Assembly: GCF_004010195.1 (NCBI RefSeq)
Contig: NW_025214948.1
Location: forward strand, 6,508 to 56,187
Source: Chiloscyllium plagiosum
Lineage: Eukaryota
DNA length: 49,680 bases
Reading direction: 5' to 3'
Below are positions 39,656-49,680 of this stretch, piece after piece. Below the pieces are notes generated by a model that was given only the letters and a program-made list of their open reading frames with translations, was not told where the DNA came from and made no database searches. Each line of letters opens with the position of its first letter. Positions within the stretch are counted from its first letter, which is position 1. The translations under genes were made by a program, and so were the position numbers.

Positions 39656-39889
39656 ATGATCATAATTTAAATCAAAACAGATGATCATTGCTTATTGTCA
39701 CATTGCTGTTTGTGGAGACTTACTGCCCATAGAGAAACCCTGAGGTTCAGAAGGTGTCAATATAAATTCTGTCAACTCCAGCCAGTTAATGTGATTAACA
39801 ACCACAACATCAGTACTCCAGCAGTGTCATCATGAACAAGGTCCAGTCCTGACTCTGATGAACAGTAACGTCAGAATCAGAGTCCCGCA

Positions 39890-41063
39890 GTGATGTGTGA
39901 ACTCTAACCCACACGGAGCAGGTGGATGACCACTTACTGGACTTTCAGTTGTCTTGAAGACTCAACAAATCCCTTGTCACCCAAAGACGTGAACACTTCA
40001 TACCAGACGTGAACACTTCATACCCAGTGTGAACCCATTGGGGTCTCAGGGGGTGGGATGAATCACTGAATCCCTTCCACACACTGAGCATTTGAATGGC
40101 CTCTCCCCCTCTGTGAGCTCACTGGGGACTCAGTGGGCAGGATGAATCACTGAATTCTCTCTCACACACATCCATCTCAATGGCCTCTCCCCCTGTGTGG
40201 GCTCACTGGAGTCTCAGGGGGCAGGATGACTCACTGAATCCCTTCTCATACACTGAGCATCTGAATGGCCTATCCCCTGTGTGGGCTTGCTGGGGTCTCA
40301 GGGGGCAGGATGAATCACTGAATCGCCCCTCACACACTGAGCATCTGAATGGTGTCTCCCCTGCGTGCGCTTGCTGGGGTCTCAGTGGGGCAGGATGAAT
40401 CACTGAATCCTCTCTCACACACTGACCATCTGAATGGCCTCTCGCCCTGTGTGGGCTAACTGGGGACTCAGCAGGTGATACATTTGAGTGAATCTCTCCC
40501 CACACACTGAGAGTAAGTGAATGACCTTTCCCCAAAGTGAGCTCGCTGGTGTTAAAGCAGGTCTCTGAGTGAATCCTTTCCCAAACACTGAGCAGGTGAA
40601 TGACCTCTCCACGATGGGAATGCACTGATGCCTCCGCAGATGGGAGATTTGAATGAATGCTTTCTCACACATTGAGCAGGTGTAGGGTCTAAATCCACTG
40701 TGCCATCTCTGGTGCCTCAGCGGATTGTAAGATCGAGTAAACCCTTTCCCGTACATGAGGCAGGTGAGCGGCCTCTCCACAGTGTGAGAGTGTCGGTGAG
40801 TGTCCCACTGGGAGGGTAGGTAATTTCCTTCCCACAATCCTCATGTTTGCACCCTCGCCCTGGTCCCGTCATAATGGTGTCTTCCCAGATCACATGACCA
40901 GTTAAATATTCGACCACATGTGGAACATGGGAATGATCTTTCTGGCCTGGGAATGTCGCTTTCCCCTTCCTTATTAATAAGGATCAGGACCTGCGGAATT
41001 GGATGACTCTGCAGTTGATGTGATGTTAAAGCTGAGTTTCCCATCTGGGAACTCCCTCTCTCT
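39890..41063 (-). pseudogene. Multi-finger C2H2 zinc-finger pseudogene (about 12 finger remnants)
   Basis: Acceptor TTTACAG at 41064. RSFPCSTCGRIF, HTVERPLTCLMYGKGF..HQRWHSGFRPYTCSMCEKAF..HLRRH and HTGDRPFRCSV; several frameshifts and stops; ~84-bp periodicity. Confidence 0.92.
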
Positions 41064-42354
41064 CTGTAAAGCAATTTTTCCCTATCATTATTACACCTCC
41101 CAACATCAGCTCTCCCTTCAGTTCTCCTGAACTTCTAAATTTGGACTAATGTAATGACCTCAGTAATGTGCCTTTCTCTCATTTGTTTCTAAAAGTAAAT
41201 TAGGACAATTTTGAATAACTTTGCACACTTTACCAGAAGAACCCACACCTATTCTATCATTTAAACGTTTTAACCCATGCGAAATTTATTACCTGCTCCA
41301 ATGACAGTTATAATGCTCTGCCCACTTCTACGGAGCCAGTGCAGGTCCATTCTAACACTTATCAATAAATTGTACCTGAACAGGATGTCTCACAACAGGA
41401 TGTGCTCTGGCACTCAATGCCCTTAAGTTGTGTTTTTTTCTTAAAGCCCCTCATGTGTCCGGCAATCTGGCAATACAGTTGAAGATATTTTATACAGTAA
41501 CCTTACAGTGTCAATTGCCATTTCCAGTCCATGAAGCAGCCAGTTACATGCACCAGTGACTTGAATTCTGACGACAGCATTTCCCTGGCAGGAGAGATTG
41601 AAGAGCATGAAACTGTCTTCTCTGGAGTATCTAAGAAACACTTGAAATGAACAAAATTCTTCAAGAGCTCGATAGGACAGATACAGGAAGGATGTGCTCC
41701 CTGGCTGGTGTGTCTGATATTAAATCAGCACTAACTGTGGTATCTTTACCCAGCATCCCCTTTAGCTGCATAAATGTTTAAGATATATTTGCTGCTCTAA
41801 TTCCACTTTCTTGATCATTCCCGTTTGAAACTGCTGTAGTGTTGGGGGCCATGCAAATTGATAACATTTGATTCAATCCATCCCATCACCCCTCTGTGTC
41901 TGTGTCTCACTTTTGTTCACCGAGACCGTCACTCAATCTGACCCCTTCACAATCCCTGCTCTGATATTTCCTTAGAATTAAATGTTCACAGAAGGACAAA
42001 AGGAGGCTGATTGGCTCATCACCTCACTGAATGCCATTTTTTTACCATAACCCCATAAACCTTCCCATTCGTCCTCTCCAATAACTGTTCAATTCGATTC
42101 TCTTCATTGTAACTGACTCACCACACTTTTTGGCAGTGCGTTCCTGACCACAAACTTTTTCTGCATGAAGTTGTTTTGTCTCATGTCACATGCGCTTCCT
42201 TTGTCAATCCCTTTACATCGGTGCCTCATCATTATTGATTCGACCATGCATGCGAACAGTTTGTCCCAATCAACTCTCACTGGATCCCTCTTGGAGGTAT
42301 CTTTACCCAGTATCCCCCGGGATGGTGAATATCATATCTTCCTGTCACAGGAGA

Positions 42355-42532
<178 letters not shown>

Positions 42533-44119
42533 GCGATTGGATTTGTTTTTTTTGTTCGTGGGATCACAGCATCACTTACTGGGGCAGCATTTGTCATCCA
42601 TTCTGACTGCCCAGGAAATGGTTCAGGCAACCACATTATCCAGGGTCTGGATTAACATGTTGGCTGGTCAGGGTCAGAATTAATAGTTTCCCAGGCCCAA
42701 TGACATGAAGAGTTGATTTCTGGTCTATTATGCTATTTCGGAAATAATAATGAATAATTTTTGCAGTTGAATTAAAAGTGCAAGACCAAAATGGGTTTTA
42801 TTCTGATTGAGCATGTCTTCCTGTTTTCTCAGTTGCTATTAACAATCTCATTCCCCTCACACCAAAACCTGTTCCACTCTCCACAGATGCTGCCAGATCT
42901 GTTGAATTTTTCCAGCAATGTCTGATTTTGTTTCTGATTTCCCAGCATTCGCAGTTGGTTAGTTTTTCATATTCATCTTGTCTGTTGCAGAGGAGTTTAT
43001 TGATGAGTTTGGAGGGTTTTGAAAATTGCAAGTTAGGCCACAAATCAGCCATGATCCATTGAATGGCAGAGCAGGGTTGAAGGGCTGAATGGCCTCCTCC
43101 TGTTCCAATGAAAGTTGTCCATCTGCAGCTTTTGGCAACATTTCCCCTCACTGTTCACTTCACCTCCATGTCTAACACACTGTTACTGACTGAACAAACT
43201 TCCTGTGTTTGAGCTACACCTGCTAATGTTCAATGGCTCTCTGTCTTGCCACCCGGATTTAACTCTCATCATGGAATGCTGTCTCGTATTACTGCGGGAA
43301 TGCCCACAAAGGACTCAGCCTGGAGTCTGTATGCCCTGGGATCCACAAACCCAGTTTATTTCCTTCTTCCTCTTTCATTCTGGCTCTTGAACTCTCGGGT
43401 TCAATCCATTCTCCTGTCATGCTCTTCAGCATGTCCATGTGGGTGAGCTAGAGGCAGCTGGGATTTAATGAAGGGAAGTTGGGATTAGGCGGAAGCACGA
43501 GGAGAGATGACAGCAAAGACCATTCTCATTGTAACGGCAGAGTTTCTCCATGACCCAGTGAGTGGTGAGGCACCTGAGATTGTTGAGGAGGCCAATTCAA
43601 TCAGGGATTTGGGAAAACACTCAGACACTGACCTACCCATCTGATTGTTAACTCAGACAGAAATACAAAAGAAAGATGCACATCTAGATAGCAACTTTGA
43701 CTTGGGGCAATGAACCATGCTTCAGACCCAACCTCAAATCTCTGAACCCTCAAAAACAAAGCTTCCAACTTATGCCAGGTTGTCCCTCAACCTCCTCTTT
43801 TCTTGAGAAAAACATTTTGAGCTGTTAAGCCTATTCTCGTGATTATAACCTCTATGTTCCTGTAAGATTTGTGACGAATCCGTTACAATTTTTCTGTTCC
43901 TTGTGAGTGATGCCAGCAGCAGAAACAGTTCCTGACCTATGCAGGTTTCGGTTGATGTATTTGTATTTACAAATTCATTCTCACCCTCACGTACAGTATA
44001 AAATTGCTGTAAAACAGACGGAAATGATTGAGTGAGAACCAACAGAAACACAAAGGCAGCATTTCTACCTGAGCTGAATGAACCTGCCGTTAGGAAAACG
44101 TGATAACAATCACAATTAG

Positions 44120-44300
44120 TTAGAATTACAGAATCCCGTAGGTGCAGAAAGAGGCTATTCTATCTATCGAGCCTGCAATGACCTGCTTTCCCACCCTACC
44201 TCCATAACCCGACATTTACCATGGATAACCCAACCCGCTGAACCTACACACTGCAGGCCATGTTAGTACGACCAATAGAGCACACCTGCTCATCTGTGGG
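44120..44300 (-). mobile_element. Old SINE 3' fragment
   Basis: ACAGAATCCCGTAGGTGCAGAAAGAGGCTATTC..CACCTGCTCATCTGTGGGAGG resembles the other SINE copies. Confidence 0.6.
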
Positions 44301-44959
44301 AGGGTCACAGATTACATCCTAATGGGCGGAATTGCGGATGAAGGTTCACGAATACTTCAATCTGACATAAATGCTCTTTTTAAAAATAAAATCTGGGGGA
44401 AACTGCAACCAGAAAGATTTCCAATTATCTCTGGTGGAAGAAAATTCAAAACTCGTGCCATTAACCCAAGGGACACAGTGAAAGTTACAGCGGTCTGGGA
44501 ACCATCATAAATGTAACAGGTTGTGAGTAAGGTGGGGATGAGACAGGGCCAAAAAGACAGACTGTCACATGGGGGAAGGCAGGAGAGATTAAATTGCAGA
44601 ATTGGTAGTCCCTCAAGGCCACGGGGAATGGAAATAGGGCTGGGAGAGAAGCCAGCAAACAAGGTGAGCAGCTGTCAAAGAAATACATTGAAAAAACAGA
44701 TTATACCAACATAGAGGGCAGAATACGCAGTCTGAAGTTATTGCTCTGAATGATGAGGACAGAACGCTGTAAAGCCTGGGTAATTCTATTACAGCCAACA
44801 CATACAGGATGGGCCAAGTGGCCTATATCTGTGCTGCAAATTTCTGATAAATTTATTTCGACATTTAGAGTTCAAATCTGATGATGCTCGTAAATTATGA
44901 AATTTGACTGGAGTTTAATATTCGAGGGTAATGTCAAATAAATCACATTGATCCCAATG

Positions 44960-45420
44960 TGCAGACTTTAGTCCATTGCCTTGCATGTTCCAGCATTTCA
45001 GTTACATCCATGTCCTTTTATTCTAATATGATGCTGGTTCCTGCCTCTGCCACCTGTCTCCCACCATCTCCGAGTGAAATGAATTCTTCCCCCGATCTTT
45101 CTGAGAATTAGTTTCAATCTAAAACCTCCAGTTACCGACCTCTCTGTAATAAATAGCTCCTTCCTATCCACTCGATCTGGATTCCTCAGCATTGTATCAT
45201 TTCAATTATATCTCAGCTCATCTTCCTCAGAAAACATCCCCAGCCTATCCAACCTTTCCTCAGAGCAGAAATTTTCCAATTGTAGAAACATTCTGATCAA
45301 TCTCTTCTGTACCCTCTTTGGTCTGATCACATCAACCCTGGAATGTGAAGATCAGAAATGTGTACTGTACTTTAGCCGTGGTCAAACGAGTGTTCCTGAC
45401 ATTTCTCATGTCACCTCCGT
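44960..45420 (-). mobile_element. Decayed CR1 3' fragment
   Basis: MLRNPDRVDRKELF..TGGFRLK..FTRR. Confidence 0.7.
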
Positions 45421-45789
45421 GTTCTTGTGGTTGTCGCTGACACAAGAAGTGTCCTGGCTTTCCCACATGAAACTGGATGTGCACTCCATGGGGCTGGAAT
45501 TCCCTACCATGTGTTTATTTGTTAACTAATCCTAAATTAACTTCAGATTTAAACAAGATTATCAGCTACCCTCCAATCAGCTTCTTCCATTATACTCAAG
45601 CCACCTTACTTTTTAAAATCTCTTTAAAATTGTTACTATCTAAACACAGGCTTTAATTTGCTGATCAAGTATTCAGATGTCTCCACTGTTACAATCACTC
45701 GAAGGTTATCTTTACCTTCAGCTACATTTGGTGAATTGAACACTGATTGTAAATATATGAATATCAAACTGTTTTTAAAAATTCTCAAG

Positions 45790-46386
45790 GTCAAGGACCA
45801 GGCTCGCAGGAAAGTAGTCTGACACAGAACAAACAGACAAGAGGCGAGTCTGCTAGAATATAAGTGTTTTATTCCCCGCAGCGTCGCCACAACCAGGTCT
45901 CGTACTTACAATGGGTCTGGTTTATACTCACTCTACTGTTACCGAACTGGGAGCCGTCAGTTCTCGTAGAGCGGTTGCCAACAACCCACGCTCGGCGGTT
46001 AAACGCAACCCCGGAGCAGACTCTACCGAACTGGAGACTTTTCCAGCTGATATACTCTTTTCCAGATATAAACATTCATGTGAACAGCAGAGCAAGGCTA
46101 AAAAACACATTCCATTCTGGTTACATACAGATAAGAAGATTCACACGGGAAGGTGTATAACAAGATTCACACGGGACTAAGCGACACCTTCCATTTTCGG
46201 TTAGAGACTCACACATGTATTGGGACACAATTATAACCCTTTCACCACATTCCACTGCTTGGCCCAATACATGTGTTACATTATGCTTATTCACACATGT
46301 ATTGGGACATAATTTTCACCACATTCCACTGCTTGGCCCAATACATGTGTTACATTATGGGCACACATGTATCGGGACACACCACA
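45790..46386 (-). repeat. Putative 3' LTR (right end approximate)
   Basis: Purine tract AAGCAGGGGAA followed by TGT at 46386 (alternatives at 46323 and 46249); TATA-like TATATCAG at ~46054; AATAAA at 45873-45868 followed by a GT-rich tract. No clear terminal CA was found. Confidence 0.7.
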
Positions 46387-46422
46387 TTCCCCTGCTTGGC
46401 CCAATACATGTGTTACATTATG
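46211..46422. repeat. Three tandem 63-74+ bp units containing six alternating 14-bp inverted arms
   Basis: ACACATGTATTGGG at 46211, 46293 and 46363 (1 mismatch); CCCAATACATGTGT at 46263, 46337 and 46400. Confidence 0.93.
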
Positions 46423-47363
46423 CCCATATGTATTCTTTCTAACAAGCGCCTACGTACACGCCAAATATACAAGCAAGTCAGGACATTACAGCATGTTAAC
46501 ATCACCAGGACCGCTACCAGGATCGACAAGGGTGGGAACAGGAACGTCCCAGCAGTGGAGGACATACCACCCAATATGTCCCACCAATGATGAGCTGACT
46601 CCACGTCCACTTCACGGGCAGCATGTACTACCTCCTGTCCATGTATAAAGGTAGACACCGTAACCTTGGTGACTTTGGTTTGATGCTTTCGTAATATCTG
46701 CTTAAGCTCCTCGGACCGGTCCAATGCTCGCTTAAACCGATCCAAGGAAATGTTCCAAGGATTCAACAGCACTTTCCACTGCACCTTGGTAAAGTGGCGA
46801 GCACTGCTATAAGTGGTCAACAGATAGGTCTGATTCTGCCAGTGCCACTGATAGACATTTGAGAGTCATCCCGAGAACGGTACTGAGGGAAGCATAGGAT
46901 GTGGATTACTGGTAGCCACACAGAGCTTGTGTGGCCCAATCTGCCACATCATGTCCCTTGGAGTTTCAACAGTCCATTCACACAGGGCCGTTCCCTTAGT
47001 CAAGCAAGGCTCCCGATACCTGTCCATCAGTAGGCAAGTTTTCCACTGATCAGTCTGTTCACAAGCGGACAGATCATAGGTAATATTGGTATCTGGGCTA
47101 AACCACTGTCCCCTTGTCTTCAGAAAATAATATCCAGAAGATGTAATCACTGGTAATACATAATATCGACAGACCGTAACAGTGTGGGTTACATTCATGG
47201 TAACAAAGTATCCGTTACACATAGTTGCGTTACACCATGGATGGGTTATCATCCACAATTTCTCAGATACATTCCATAGTCCCCACCACGCCTGTACATT
47301 GGGGGATGTTACCACACGCAAAAAGCATTCTTTCTGTATTTGAGCATGCAACATTTGAATATG
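46413..47363 (-). pseudogene. env: Duplicated, defective 3' half of env (carries the native C-terminus LLERIHMGIM*)
   Basis: 46435-47363 duplicates 47364-48301, with a TGA at 46866-46868 and a 9-bp deletion (HPERTWC to HPWC). Confidence 0.92.
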
Positions 47364-49240
47364 CTTTCTAACAAGCGCCTACGCACATGCCAAATATACA
47401 AGCAAGTCAGGACATTACAGCATGTTAACATCACCAGGACTGCTACCAGGATCGACAAGGGTGGGAATAGGAATGTCCCAGCAGTGGAGGACATACCACT
47501 CAATATGTCCCACCAATGATGAGCTGACTCCACGTCCACTACACGGGCAGCATGTACTACCTCCTGTCCATGTATAAAGGTAGACACCGTAACCTTGGTG
47601 ACATTGGTTTGATGCTTTCGTAATATCTGCTTAAGCTCCTCGGATCGGTCCAATGCTCGCTTAAACCGATCCAAGGAAATGTTCCAAGGATTCATCAGCA
47701 CTTTCCACTGCACCGTGGTAAAGTGGCGAGCACTGCTATAAGTGGTCAACAGATAGGTCTGATTCTGCCAGTGCCACTGATAGACATTTGAGAGGCATCC
47801 CGAGAACGGTACCGAGGGAAGGATAGGATGTGGATTACTGGTAGCCACACAGAGCGTGTGTGGCCCAATCTGCCACATCATGTCCCTTGGAGTTTCAACA
47901 GTCCATTCGCACAGGGCCGTTCCCTTAGTCAAGCAAGGGTCCCGATACCTGTCCATCAGCAGGCAAGTGTTCCCCTGATCAGTCTGTTCACAAGCGGACA
48001 GATCATAGGTAATATTGGTATCTGGGCTAAACCACTGTCCCCTTGTCTTCAGAAAATAATATCCAGAAGATGTAATCACTGGTAATACATAATATCGACA
48101 GACCGTAACAGTGTGGGTTACATTCATGGTAACAAAGTATCCGTTACATATAGTTGCATTACACCATGTTCGCTCTGGATGGGTTATCATCCACAATTTC
48201 TCAGATACATTCCATATTCCCCTCCACGCTTGTACACTGGGGGATGTTACCACACGCAAAAAGCGTTCTTTCTGTATTTGAGCATGCAACATTTGAATAT
48301 GACAGGCAGTCCAATGTAACTGAGCCGTAATGTTCTCAAACAGTTCCTGAGTGGCACCCCAGACATCCAGTTCCCACTGCAGGGATCGTATCATTATTTC
48401 AGCTGTCTCTCCTTGAGTCATCATTACGGATGGCATCCACCGTCCAATAGTATGCAGCCCTTGTGAGGTGGCCTGTCCCGTGTTAGATAATTTAGTACGG
48501 GTTACCTCCGAGTCAATGGCATTCGAGATACCCATAACAGTTCCTGCGCCTCCCAGCAGGGTGTCGTACCACGCCCGTCGCCGCCTCTTGGCATGACACT
48601 CGGGTATGAGGGGCAACTGTACCCGCCAATGAACATCAGTGCGCAGTACCGCCCGGGCCATCTGCTGACAAGTTGACATAATAGGGGCCAATTGTGTTCG
48701 ATGCGACCGCACGCCCCCCGTGGTGCCCCTCTTCGGTGCTGGCCCGCCCCGCGTGGGGTTCAATAACATGGCGTTCGTCGAGGGCAGTACCATTATTAAC
48801 CACATGAATCGACGCCGATTCCGAATATCGGTGGCATTGCGCAGCCACAGATCGTCCCCCCGAGCTGTGACGCTCCAATGAGTCCCCGTTGTCCCGCATG
48901 TCTGGGTGCGTCGGTCCCACAAACACGTCTTGACTCGGGCATTTACCACCAGGGTGCAATTAGGCGGTATGAACGGTATGTCATACTTTTCCCCATCCCG
49001 GCGCATGTAGCACTGTGCACACGTGTACAGTTGACAGTCGCTGGTGAGAGTCAGAACAACGCACTGCTGACCGGGTTCACATGTAAAATTGTCCTGCGTC
49101 CGTCGCTGGCTACTGACCTCCCACCGCACCTCATGGCGGGCGACCAGTACCAGCGTCCAGGCCGTGATACCGATGCCCTGGAGTGGCCATCCGATCGCGA
49201 ACATCGCCAATAGGAGTCGCAATCCCCATGACCACCCCAT
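47309..49240 (-). CDS. env: Envelope/class I fusion glycoprotein, ~643 aa, open
   Basis: Signal-like N-terminus; about 11 N-x-S/T sequons; RNRRR and KRRRR cleavage motifs; Gly-rich fusion peptide AWYDTLLGGAGTVMGISN; heptad-like regions; Cys-rich ectodomain; HHWWD membrane-proximal motif; TM helix LSILVAVLVMLTCCNVLTCLYIW with a basic stop-transfer RRR. Confidence 0.88.
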   Translation of the reverse strand: MGWSWGLRLLLAMFAIGWPLQGIGITAWTLVLVARHEVRWEVSSQRRTQDNFTCEPGQQCVVLTLTSDCQLYTCAQCYMRRDGEKYDIPFIPPNCTLVVNARVKTCLWDRRTQTCGTTGTHWSVTARGDDLWLRNATDIRNRRRFMWLIMVLPSTNAMLLNPTRGGPAPKRGTTGGVRSHRTQLAPIMSTCQQMARAVLRTDVHWRVQLPLIPECHAKRRRRAWYDTLLGGAGTVMGISNAIDSEVTRTKLSNTGQATSQGLHTIGRWMPSVMMTQGETAEIMIRSLQWELDVWGATQELFENITAQLHWTACHIQMLHAQIQKERFLRVVTSPSVQAWRGIWNVSEKLWMITHPERTWCNATICNGYFVTMNVTHTVTVCRYYVLPVITSSGYYFLKTRGQWFSPDTNITYDLSACEQTDQGNTCLLMDRYRDPCLTKGTALCEWTVETPRDMMWQIGPHTLCVATSNPHPILPSVPFSGCLSNVYQWHWQNQTYLLTTYSSARHFTTVQWKVLMNPWNISLDRFKRALDRSEELKQILRKHQTNVTKVTVSTFIHGQEVVHAARVVDVESAHHWWDILSGMSSTAGTFLFPPLSILVAVLVMLTCCNVLTCLYIWHVRRRLLESIFKCCMLKYRKNAFCVW

Positions 49241-49289
49241 GTTCAAGGCGGAGGGCCAGCCTGCGGGTGCATAGCAATCACAACATTAT

Positions 49290-49680
49290 TTAGGTCTCAC
49301 GTAAGTAGCACTGGTTCGCCGGGACGTTTGCCCAGGTCGGGTCCCCGGGGTACACAATGGTGACCAGACTGTCCTTCCCCTGTGCTATGATTTCGGCCGG
49401 CCGGGGGGGCCGGTCGTCTGGCGCACCCAGACCTTGGCCCCCTTAGTGTCAGTAGACCCAAATCCCCCCGTCCCACGCTCAGTAACCGTAACGGGAGCTC
49501 CCATCTCTTCCACCGTTGTAAGGTTACATGGCTTAATGATCAATTGCGCTATTCTGTCCCCCTTCTGTATCACGTAAGGTTCAGCAGTGATGTTGACCAG
49601 GACCACCCCCAACTCCCCTTGGTAGTCCGCGTCAATTACGCCTGCCATCACATCAGTCCCCTTTAGTGACAGTCCCGACC
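49290..49680 (-). CDS. pol: pol 3' end: trimeric dUTPase domain plus integrase C-terminal tail (partial; 1-nt frameshift at 49403-49409)
   Basis: dUTPase motifs 2-5: SGL, GVIDADYQGE, GDRIAQL and RGTGGFGST. Then KVWVRQTTGPP and, after the shift, RPAEIIAQGKD..CYLRET*. Confidence 0.9.

Larger units (their letters stand above)
45790..49680 (-). mobile_element. Endogenous retrovirus, class III-like (ERV-L/ERV-S/SnRV neighbourhood); 3' half only: pol end with dUTPase, env and 3' LTR
   Basis: Gene order is dUTPase, IN tail, splice acceptor, env, PPT, LTR. CpG-rich and largely open reading frames, unlike the flanks. Confidence 0.88.

Noticed and set aside
45864..46180. Accessory ORFs (Tas/Bet-like) in the LTR region
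   Set aside because: Only short ORFs, mostly antisense or without a good start, and no motifs.
48636..49274. Overlapping and antisense ORFs within env
   Set aside because: Expected in GC-rich coding DNA; nothing supports translation, though a spliced accessory exon cannot be excluded.

Overview
Eukaryotic, TE-dense vertebrate DNA. It is almost certainly a cartilaginous fish: the HE1-type tRNA-SINEs, CR1/L2 LINEs and Penelope termini look like those of carpet/bamboo sharks (recognised by eye, not searched). Layout: (1) 1-8394 is a 40-bp tandem satellite whose last ~4.4 kb is perfectly homogeneous. (2) 8.4-45.7 kb is a decayed C2H2 zinc-finger gene cluster, with several paralogous CCAAT/GC-box/YY1 promoter modules and pseudogenised ZNF exons buried in CR1, L2, Penelope and SINE fragments, plus two N gaps. 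The Penelope termini carry minimal type-I hammerhead ribozyme motifs, and two intact ones lie in tandem inside a TSD-flanked composite element (13801-15150). (3) ~45.8-49.68 kb, minus strand, is the 3' half of a well-preserved class III-like endogenous retrovirus. It has a dUTPase followed by an ERV-L-type integrase C-terminal tail, and an open ~643-aa env with two furin-like sites and an unusually long (~420 aa) fusion subunit. It also has a ~930-bp tandem duplication of the env 3' half, and a 3' LTR whose PPT/U3 border is triplicated in an array of 14-bp inverted repeats. No intact host protein-coding gene could be supported. TE boundaries are approximate.
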